Origin: Promethearchaeota archaeon
GTDB taxonomy: Archaea > Asgardarchaeota > Lokiarchaeia > Sigyniarchaeales > SOKP01
Length of the DNA stretch: 48,613 nt
Assembly (NCBI GenBank): GCA_048938895.1
Contig: JBHLLU010000031.1
Span: 1 to 48,613, forward strand
Direction: 5' to 3'
The notes beneath the pieces are model-generated. The model was not told the DNA's origin. It saw only the letters and a program-made list of their open reading frames with translations, and made no database searches. Positions 17,707 through 25,594 of the stretch are shown here, piece after piece. Numbering within the stretch: the stretch's first letter is position 1; each line of letters begins with the position of its first letter. Position numbers and translations under genes: made by a program.

Positions 17707-19608
17707 ATGTCGGTAAAAAATTACCCTCCAGAAGAAGTTATCAATCCACCTTCATTAGAGAAAAAAAATTATGAACATGTTATTTTATGGATGTTATTCA
17801 ATAATGATGACTGCGAATGGTCTGATTTTCTCCATAAACCTCTAGAAATTCCGACATCAACTTTATCACGTTATCTTAATGCTTTAAAGACTGAAGGATA
17901 TCTTACCAAATTATCTAAAGGACGTTATAAAATTACCGCAGAAGGCAAGAAAAGATTTTATGATGTATCAAGAACATCAGATAAACAAAGAAAATTAAGT
18001 TATCCTCCAGAGATAATATTAAAAAACAGAAGAAACTATGAACATTGGATTTTATGGATGCTTTATAATAATATGTTTTGTAAATGGGCAGACTTTCTTG
18101 AAGAACCTCTTTCAATTAACCAATCATCTTTATCAAAAATATTAAATTTGATGATGAAAAAGGGGGTAATTAAAAAGGATGAGAGTAATAAAGAATATTC
18201 TATCACTCATTTAGGCAAATTTGAGTATTCAAATATGCTTGAGTATTATGATCTTGATAAACAAACTATTTTAGAGGAAGAGAGTAAGCGAATTGAAAAT
18301 ATTACCAAAAAGACCTTAGCCTTTTTTGAAAAGTTTAATGTTAAACAGAAAAGGATTCAATTTAGGTTTCTAAATAATTTTTTAAAATTAAGTTATGACA
18401 GAGTCAAAACTATCCTAAAAGATGAAGAAGATTATAAGAAAATTTTACTCTTCCTCGCAATTAATCATCCATTTCAATATCCTGAACATATTTCTTCTGA
18501 AGATTTCTCAATGGAATTTAAGATCAAGGAGAACACTCTGACTTATTATATAGATGAAATTGTTGAAAACAATATATATCCAGTAAAGTTTTTTAAACTA
18601 ATCCAAAGCCCAGATAAAAGTTTTTACTTCCAAGAAGATGAAAAACTGGAGACCATGATTCGTGCTATCTGTGAAAGTCACATAAAGGAGTTTACATATT
18701 TAAACAAATTATATGGAACTTCAAAAAGTTTTAACATTATTGTTGATGATATCATTAAGGAAATTTGTACTAATTTATTGAATGAAGGATTAAAAGATGC
18801 ATTAAAAGACTTTATTCCTAAATATTTGGAATACTTAGCATATAAAATTGAAATTGAACTGGAATTAAAAGAATCATATGATAAATTAGAAGGTATCATC
18901 TGGCAGAATATGACAATTATGTTCAATAGTAAAAAAACTAAAAGTATAGAACGCCAATATAAAAAGCAATTGGAAGAGATCGAGCACGCAATTGAATTAG
19001 ATCGAACCAATCTTGAATTATTTTACTCTAAACTCAACATTCTTGTATATTTTAGTAATTATAATGAAATTTTAAATTATTTAGATGAGATGCTTCTATT
19101 ATTTCCTGAAAATGAGATTGAAATTAGCTTGAAAAAAGCGTCTGTTCTTAAAAGAATGAAAAATGTTGAAGATGGATTAGAAATAATTAACCAATTGCTT
19201 TTAAAATTTCCAGATACTGGCGAATTACAAGTATATAAAGCCTACTGGCTGCAATATTTAAACAAAAAAGAAGAGTCAATTAATTTATTAAACAATCTCA
19301 TTAAACATAATCCCAATAATGGTTCCTATCATGATACATATGGTGAAATCCTAATGTATTTTGAAGATTACGAGGAAGCTATAGATCACTTTCAAAAAGC
19401 ATTAGAATTAGCTGGAAAAGAATGGTTTGCAAATCAAACTTATATTAAATTAGGCATTTGTTATAAAGAACAAGGAAATTATGAGTTGGCAATTAAAAAT
19501 CTGAATAAAGGGAAAGAACTAACTGAAGATTTATCATTGGAAGAAAATTTGAAACAAAAGTGGTTAAAGATGGCAGATCTTTTTATCAATGAGATTAAGT
19601 CCTTATAG
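17707..19608 (+). CDS. Tandem winged-helix + TPR protein (probable regulator)
   Basis: Two internal repeats YPPE...NYEH.ILWML.NN..C.W.DF...PL.I..S.LS..LN.....G.....Y.IT..GK, plus C-terminal TPRs (YHDTYGEIL..., TYIKLGICY...). Confidence 0.8.
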   Translation: MSVKNYPPEEVINPPSLEKKNYEHVILWMLFNNDDCEWSDFLHKPLEIPTSTLSRYLNALKTEGYLTKLSKGRYKITAEGKKRFYDVSRTSDKQRKLSYPPEIILKNRRNYEHWILWMLYNNMFCKWADFLEEPLSINQSSLSKILNLMMKKGVIKKDESNKEYSITHLGKFEYSNMLEYYDLDKQTILEEESKRIENITKKTLAFFEKFNVKQKRIQFRFLNNFLKLSYDRVKTILKDEEDYKKILLFLAINHPFQYPEHISSEDFSMEFKIKENTLTYYIDEIVENNIYPVKFFKLIQSPDKSFYFQEDEKLETMIRAICESHIKEFTYLNKLYGTSKSFNIIVDDIIKEICTNLLNEGLKDALKDFIPKYLEYLAYKIEIELELKESYDKLEGIIWQNMTIMFNSKKTKSIERQYKKQLEEIEHAIELDRTNLELFYSKLNILVYFSNYNEILNYLDEMLLLFPENEIEISLKKASVLKRMKNVEDGLEIINQLLLKFPDTGELQVYKAYWLQYLNKKEESINLLNNLIKHNPNNGSYHDTYGEILMYFEDYEEAIDHFQKALELAGKEWFANQTYIKLGICYKEQGNYELAIKNLNKGKELTEDLSLEENLKQKWLKMADLFINEIKSL

Positions 19609-19616
19609 TCAGAAAA

Positions 19617-19769
19617 TTAACGTTCTTTTTCTTCTAAATTAGAGGTTTGTGTTTCATTAATGATTTTGTAATCAATAACATACTTATTAGGAGGCTTCTT
19701 TTCTTCGAATTCTTTTTCCTCAATTTCTAATATTTCTGGAATTGAGATATCTCGATTTTTCTTATTCAC
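19617..19769 (-). CDS. Possible 50-aa charged small protein
   Basis: GTG 19769 to TAA 19617: MNKKNRDISIPEILEIEEKEFEEKKPPNKYVIDYKIINETQTSNLEEKER. It fills the intergenic gap; no homology recognised. Confidence 0.35.
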   Translation of the reverse strand: MNKKNRDISIPEILEIEEKEFEEKKPPNKYVIDYKIINETQTSNLEEKER

Positions 19770-19885
19770 TGCATACCACTAATATATAATTACAATTTTA
19801 CATTGAAATCTCGAATGATTATATTAAATAATCAATTTACCTATTAATAAATTAATCATTTAAAGAATAAATTTCGAAATCTCCG

Positions 19886-20761
19886 ATGATATACAAAGTA
19901 ATGATAATTAAAGCTAGTGGTATACTATGTTATTCTAAAACATTTTACGGAGATGATAAGATAGATGATGATTTTATTAGTGGATTTCTAACTGCTATAT
20001 TAGATATTTCTGAGAAAATAGGGGGTGGAGAAATAAGATCATTAAATTTCAGAAATTTTAATATTAACTATTCTTATGATGATGAAAAACTTTGTATTTT
20101 TATAATAATCGCGGATATTAATGATCCTGAAGAGGAGTTAAAAGAGAAAATAGGAGAATTGAAAAGTGAGTTCATGGATCAATATCGGGAAAGTTTTATA
20201 CGTTGGGATGGTAATATCTCTAAATTTGAAAAGTTTGATGAATTCACTGAACAAAATACGTATCTACCTCCTAAAATTTTACTGATCGGTGAGGATGGAG
20301 TTGGAAAAACTTCAATTCTAAATTTATTTCCTGGGGAGCTTCTAATAGAATTAGATGATGATATGAATGAAATTATACAGAAATCGGTTAAATTATCTAA
20401 TTTCAAAAGGATAAAGAAGTGTGCATTAAGAGAACTCAATGTTGAAGATATATTAAATAATCCAAAAGGATATACACAGACTTTAGAATCCGCTAATATT
20501 ATTTGTTTTGTTACTAATTCAGGTGCGTCCAATTTAAGCAGAACAAGGAACTATTTTTCCCTATTAGAATCAAAAGCGAACAAAGCAAATTTTTATGTTA
20601 TCGCAAACTTTCAAGATCTGCAAGAATTATCTTTTAACCCAGAGAAAATAGAAGAACTCTTTGGAATTAAAACATATGGCTTTTCAGCTATATTAGATAA
20701 TGCTAGAGAAGAGATATCTTCAATTTTATTTGATATGTTAAGTAAAACTATATTGGAGTAA
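19886..20761 (+). CDS. Longin-like domain fused to a small GTPase-like domain
   Basis: N-terminal II..SG...Y...F......DDDFISGFL.AI...S..IGGGEI.SL longin pattern; P-loop GEDGVGKTS; G4-like ANFQD; G5-like FSA. Confidence 0.8.
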   Translation: MIYKVMIIKASGILCYSKTFYGDDKIDDDFISGFLTAILDISEKIGGGEIRSLNFRNFNINYSYDDEKLCIFIIIADINDPEEELKEKIGELKSEFMDQYRESFIRWDGNISKFEKFDEFTEQNTYLPPKILLIGEDGVGKTSILNLFPGELLIELDDDMNEIIQKSVKLSNFKRIKKCALRELNVEDILNNPKGYTQTLESANIICFVTNSGASNLSRTRNYFSLLESKANKANFYVIANFQDLQELSFNPEKIEELFGIKTYGFSAILDNAREEISSILFDMLSKTILE

Positions 20762-21288
20762 TGTACAAACGAAAAATTATGAAATTTAATGAAGAAATTA
20801 TATTTCCTATCTACATATATCAAGACATTTTGAAGAGTATAAAGGAATTGTGCAGTCGATCAGAATCAGAAATTTTTGGATATTTAGTTGGTTCGATTCT
20901 AATATGGAAAGGCAATGTGTATATTATTATTGAGGATTCTATCTTTATTCAAGGTGCTGTTCATAGTGATAAATATTCAACTGCTCAAATAGAAGGGACT
21001 GCTGGTGAGTATCAGAAGGAGTTCCAAAAACTAAAAAAAATGAAAAAGAAAGAGAATTTGAGAATCGTAGGGTGGTGGCATTCACATCCGAATTTTGGAT
21101 GCTTCTTATCATCAACCGATTTACTAACACAAAAATCATTCTTTTATAAATCGTATCAAGTAGCGTTAGTAGTTGATCCAATCAGAAATGAATTCGAGTT
21201 TTTTGTAATCGACAATAGTATAAAAAAGGGTTATAAAGCAAGTAGTTATGCAATTATCAAAATTGATAGTTCTAAAGAAATAATTTAG
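20761..21288 (+). CDS. JAB1/MPN+ (JAMM) metalloprotease, Rpn11-like
   Basis: EIFGYLVG ... VGWWHSHPNFGCFLSSTD ... ALVVDP. Start overlaps the upstream stop (TAATG). Confidence 0.93.
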   Translation: MYKRKIMKFNEEIIFPIYIYQDILKSIKELCSRSESEIFGYLVGSILIWKGNVYIIIEDSIFIQGAVHSDKYSTAQIEGTAGEYQKEFQKLKKMKKKENLRIVGWWHSHPNFGCFLSSTDLLTQKSFFYKSYQVALVVDPIRNEFEFFVIDNSIKKGYKASSYAIIKIDSSKEII

Positions 21289-21290
21289 AA

Positions 21291-22175
21291 ATGCCAGAAA
21301 AAAATAAAAAATTGAAGGACTACACTGTATTTGGTATAGATTCTATAGATTCAGATATATTCGATCGTCAAAAAAGGATAAAAGGATGGGATCAAGGAAA
21401 AATTCAAAAATCTACTGTAATGGTTATCGGTGCCGGTGCTACCGGCAATGAGTTAGTAAAAAATTTAGTTTTAACTGGTATTGGTAAAATATACTTAATT
21501 GATTACGATTATATTAATCCTTCAAATTTAAACCGATGTATCTTGTTTAGTATCGAAAGCGCTAATCGAAAAGAGTACAAGGCGGATGTTGTGAAGGAAG
21601 CATGTGCAAATATAAGTTCTAATACAGAAATAATCTCTATTAAACAAGATTTAGATAATATTGATAAAACTCTTTATAAAAAATCGGATGTAATATGTTC
21701 TTGTGTCGATAATATTGAAGCAAGAATAGAGGCTAATAATAATGCCTTTTATTATAAAATTCCTTTTGTAGATTCTGGTATCGATGAATTTTTTGGAAGC
21801 ATTCAATCTGTATATTCTGAAGTGAAGGATGCTGCATGCCTTCAATGCAATATTACTGATATTGATTTAGATTTAATGTGGAAAAAATATTCCTGCACGG
21901 GCCAAGAAATAAATAGTGAAAACGGCGAAACTTTTGGAGTCATAGCTTCAATTATCACAACCACATCGATTATTGGCGGTTTACAATCACAAGAAGTCTT
22001 AAAATTTATATTAGGTTTAGAATATTTCAAGGAAAATAAAAAATGGAATCCTTATATCGGTCAACCCTTAATTGGTAAACAATTGAATTATAATGGGATA
22101 TTAAACCGATTTGAAATTATTGATAAATTAAAAAATCCAGATTGTTGGATATGTTCATATAAAGAAAATGTTTAA
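21291..22175 (+). CDS. Ubiquitin-activating E1-like enzyme (ThiF/UBA family)
   Basis: FDRQ, VIGAGATGNE, D.D.I..SNLNR, CVDN..AR, CLQC, candidate catalytic Cys in YSCTG, and CWIC. Confidence 0.93.
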   Translation: MPEKNKKLKDYTVFGIDSIDSDIFDRQKRIKGWDQGKIQKSTVMVIGAGATGNELVKNLVLTGIGKIYLIDYDYINPSNLNRCILFSIESANRKEYKADVVKEACANISSNTEIISIKQDLDNIDKTLYKKSDVICSCVDNIEARIEANNNAFYYKIPFVDSGIDEFFGSIQSVYSEVKDAACLQCNITDIDLDLMWKKYSCTGQEINSENGETFGVIASIITTTSIIGGLQSQEVLKFILGLEYFKENKKWNPYIGQPLIGKQLNYNGILNRFEIIDKLKNPDCWICSYKENV

Positions 22176-22237
22176 TCAGTAAAATTTTATAATTAGAAAA
22201 ATATAATGAAAAATATCAGAATAAAAAGTGATTTTTC

Positions 22238-22798
22238 TTGCCTGAACTTCCTTATGAAATATGGAAAGAGAGAATTGATAATGAACTAAATAATGTTCAA
22301 AAATTAAATGTTTTGGCTAATGACTCTATAAAAAGAACTGATGAGTTTACAGAACTTATCTTCAACGTTAAAGCATTAGGTTTTATTATGAAAGATTCTG
22401 AATTACTTCCAAAGGATTTGCATAAGATTCATTTAAGATTAAATCGAATGTTTCCGTATCCAGGAGGCGTAGATTTCTCTTGGCTCACTGAAATATTTCA
22501 CCCAAATATTGATTCAGTTGAAAAATCATTTTCAAGTGAACATGGTACAGGTTATATATGTTTAAACATATTGAAACAATGGTCTCGATTATCTGATTTG
22601 GTAACTATTGTAAAAGCTTTGGAAATCTTAGTAGAAAATCCAAATCCTGATGATCCCCTTGATTATCCTTATTGCTTGGAAGCCGCGAAGTATTTTAAGA
22701 AGCATAAAATTGAAAAATTAAAAAAGAAATTTATATCAGAGAGCAATGATAAAGAACCTAAAGAAGAAGATGAGGATGATATAGTTATTCTAGACTAA
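22238..22798 (+). CDS. Ubiquitin-conjugating E2 (UBC fold)
   Basis: FPY, W.T.IFHPNI, G.ICLNILKQWS and L...PNPDDPL, with an acidic tail. TTG start. Confidence 0.92.
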   Translation: MPELPYEIWKERIDNELNNVQKLNVLANDSIKRTDEFTELIFNVKALGFIMKDSELLPKDLHKIHLRLNRMFPYPGGVDFSWLTEIFHPNIDSVEKSFSSEHGTGYICLNILKQWSRLSDLVTIVKALEILVENPNPDDPLDYPYCLEAAKYFKKHKIEKLKKKFISESNDKEPKEEDEDDIVILD

Positions 22799-22803
22799 CT
22801 AAA

Positions 22804-23067
22804 TTATTCTAATAATCCCCCGATAACTCTTGTCCATAAAATTAATGTTTCTTTTTCTTTCAATCCATATTTATGAACTGCATCTGAGACTGTAATTTTA
22901 TTCGGTAACTCCTTGTTATTTAAAACTAATGTATAAGAACGTTGTTCAGAACTAATTATTCCTATATGCTTTACAACAATATCTATTATCCTTTCAATTT
23001 GGTGATGATCTTTAACTTCTAACTTAATAATTTTCCCTGTTCTTGAGTCCTCAACTGAGATTTTCAT
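22804..23067 (-). CDS. Ubiquitin-like (beta-grasp) modifier precursor
   Basis: MKISV...TGK.I.LEV start resembles ubiquitin; ends RVIGG followed by an LLE extension. Confidence 0.88.
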   Translation of the reverse strand: MKISVEDSRTGKIIKLEVKDHHQIERIIDIVVKHIGIISSEQRSYTLVLNNKELPNKITVSDAVHKYGLKEKETLILWTRVIGGLLE

Positions 23068-23136
23068 GTTATTACGCCATCTATTTTGAAATATATGTTT
23101 AAATTATTAATCGAAACCATATAAAAGTTAAGATTT

Positions 23137-23364
23137 TTATTCCTCGGCAGTAGATTCATCGCGATTAGCCATATAAAAAAGCAATCCTATAAAAAAAGGA
23201 GTGATCCAAACAATCAAAAACCATACAACAGCATTTAATCCTTTTTTTTTAGCATCTCTATAAACCCAAATTGCTACAATCATCAATATTGCATACGGAA
23301 TAATTAAAAATGTTAAAAGAAGTAAACCAATCAAGAAATATAAATCACTATAGACATTAAACAA
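23137..23364 (-). CDS. Small two-TM membrane protein (PLDc_N-like)
   Basis: IWVYRDAKKKG.NAVVW.LIV...P.FIGLLFY pattern; overlaps the upstream gene by 8 nt. Confidence 0.7.
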   Translation of the reverse strand: MFNVYSDLYFLIGLLLLTFLIIPYAILMIVAIWVYRDAKKKGLNAVVWFLIVWITPFFIGLLFYMANRDESTAEE

Positions 23365-24382
23365 TTGAAATATCCTCTCCCTCAGTTAATTTTGGTTTTC
23401 CCTCATCAAAGGGAGTTTCACATACCCAGCAGGAATTTTCCAAATTAGTTAAAGCATTAGAACACCTAACACAATACAAGACGTCACATTTAGGACATAC
23501 ATAATTAAGTCGAGAAATTTTACTCTTACATACAATACAAATCTTCTCTTTTCTAAAATGCTCTATTTCTTCTTCGGTGATGGTTTGAGGTTTAGTAAAC
23601 ATTGATAAAAAATCTTTTACAGTTTTTTTCTCTTCAATTTCTTCAGAACTTTGAGTTCTTCGACGCTTAGTTAGATTTATTACTATGTAAACAATTACTA
23701 TTCCAAGAACTATAGCGGAAATCCATATTATTATTAAAAAAATCATACTTAAAGGTAAGTTGGTAAATATTGTAAATCCTAAAAATATAAATATAGTTCC
23801 AATTGAGAATATAACTACCCAATTCGCCAGCTTTCTTGAAAAGAAATCAAGATTTACAACTAGTGGAGATAATGCTACTAATGCCCCTGACATGACTAAA
23901 ATCGAAGGAATGGCAGAATAAATTATATCTAAATGTTTTATTATAGTTATCTCAAAAGCCCACCCTATTAAAAATATGGTAAAACCAATCGTCATCACAG
24001 ATGAAATCGTCTGAAATTCTTCTTTGGATTTTATAGAAAACCATATATACATCACACTCAAGCATATTACATTAATAAAGATATATATAAAAAAATATAA
24101 ATAAAAATAAAGAAGAATATAATTTTCCACTCCGAAAGTTTCAATAATGACACTTAAATCTCCTGTATAAGTCCCTTCTAAAATATAATCAGATATATAA
24201 AAAAATGTCCTTGCAAGAGCAATATTAAACCAGAAAAGAGTAAATGCATACATCAAAGATCTTTCATATACCGTTTCTCCTCTACGACCTCGATTAAAAT
24301 AATAAATACTACATGTAAGTATTACAATGATTGTAACGCTTGAAAAGAACCTCTCAATTGGATCAAAGGTTATGAAAATAAT
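23357..24382 (-). CDS. Multi-pass membrane protein with C-terminal C4C4 RING-like Zn finger (candidate E3 ligase)
   Basis: CIVC...CPKC...YC..C...CWVC at the C-terminus. The frame stays open upstream of TTG 24256 to 24391 and encodes an extra TM helix; the start is uncertain (ATT 24382 proposed). Confidence 0.75.
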   Translation of the reverse strand: MIFITFDPIERFFSSVTIIVILTCSIYYFNRGRRGETVYERSLMYAFTLFWFNIALARTFFYISDYILEGTYTGDLSVIIETFGVENYILLYFYLYFFIYIFINVICLSVMYIWFSIKSKEEFQTISSVMTIGFTIFLIGWAFEITIIKHLDIIYSAIPSILVMSGALVALSPLVVNLDFFSRKLANWVVIFSIGTIFIFLGFTIFTNLPLSMIFLIIIWISAIVLGIVIVYIVINLTKRRRTQSSEEIEEKKTVKDFLSMFTKPQTITEEEIEHFRKEKICIVCKSKISRLNYVCPKCDVLYCVRCSNALTNLENSCWVCETPFDEGKPKLTEGEDISIV

Positions 24383-24548
24383 TTCTTTTTTTCACCACTC
24401 TCTTTTCTTGAAAAGAACATTCTCTAATAATTAGCTTATAAGGGATTTCTCTTTAAAAAAATTTTGATTTTTATTCTGGTAACTGATTTAAATATGACTA
24501 AGAATTAAAGAATTAAGTAGACATATACTAAAGAAAATTTTAGATATT

Positions 24549-25577
24549 ATGAAAAGAAAAGTAATTTTATTTCCATTCCTGATTATGATAGGCTTTAGTT
24601 TAATTATTGCCATACCAATCGGTGTGTTATCAGATAATCTTTCCTCATATGAAATTTATGATGATTCTTTTTACTATGAATATTTACCAGATACACCTTC
24701 AACTATTGAGAGTTTAAATCTTAATATCGAATTGGGAAATGTAGATATAAAATACTTGAATCCCCCAGTAGATTACTATGCGAAAATTGATGTATATATT
24801 GAGATGGCAGGTCCAGGATTGGCGGGAAAAGATTGTTTTGATTATTTTATTATAAATGAAGGGAATTCAACAGATTCACCAATAGATTTTTCATTACAGT
24901 TGCAACCAGGAATAACTGATTTTGAAGTAAATACTCTTATAAAGAATGTTACAATTCTGGTATCTCTGAGTAAAGCTATTATCTTTAATATATCGACTAG
25001 TGTAATTAACGGGAATATTGAATTGTCTGTACCTTTTAATGTTCAAGTTAACGACTTGAATGCTCACATTGCCAGTGGAGATATTTTATTTGACTTGAGA
25101 AATTGTATTCTTGAGGGAAATATCACGGGGATTGGGAACCAATCTAATATTGAATTAAGAACTTATAATATCCAATGTACGAGAGATAGCGACTGGTATA
25201 TAAAGAATGCTGTAGGTGATCTTATATTAAATATAACTCAATCAGTAGAAATGAGTGCAAATATTACAGCAAATGCAGAAATCGGAACACAATATACAAC
25301 GGCTTATGTATTTTATAAGGATTTTTCTCCTAATATTGGTTCAATACTATATCTAAATCAATGGGATGGGTATTTCCCTGATGAATGCCATCCTAATGAT
25401 CTTAATGAATGTGAAAGGGTTGGATATAAAAACTGGGAAGATTTGTACACTACTCCGATTACAGGGTATCTTTTTACTTCTTTTGATTTTCCTGCTCAAT
25501 ATAATTATAATATATCATTAAATAGAAATAATTATAGCAATCCTAAGCCCTATTTTTGGAATCTTTACAATGAGTAG
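24549..25577 (+). CDS. Membrane-anchored beta-strand-repeat surface protein (DUF4097/adhesin-like)
   Basis: N-terminal TM, repeated 'x-x-G-D/N-I-x-L/F' strands, many N-x-S/T sequons and a C-terminal S.DFP...NYNISL motif. Confidence 0.65.
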   Translation: MKRKVILFPFLIMIGFSLIIAIPIGVLSDNLSSYEIYDDSFYYEYLPDTPSTIESLNLNIELGNVDIKYLNPPVDYYAKIDVYIEMAGPGLAGKDCFDYFIINEGNSTDSPIDFSLQLQPGITDFEVNTLIKNVTILVSLSKAIIFNISTSVINGNIELSVPFNVQVNDLNAHIASGDILFDLRNCILEGNITGIGNQSNIELRTYNIQCTRDSDWYIKNAVGDLILNITQSVEMSANITANAEIGTQYTTAYVFYKDFSPNIGSILYLNQWDGYFPDECHPNDLNECERVGYKNWEDLYTTPITGYLFTSFDFPAQYNYNISLNRNNYSNPKPYFWNLYNE

Positions 25578-25594
25578 GTTTAAATAAAAAAGGA

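Noticed and set aside
19886-23067. CBASS (Cap2/Cap3) or ThiS/MoaD sulfur-carrier interpretation of the E1/JAMM genes
   Set aside because: No CD-NTase, effector or thiamine/molybdopterin genes are nearby; a canonical stand-alone UBC E2 and a ubiquitin-like Ubl point to protein conjugation.
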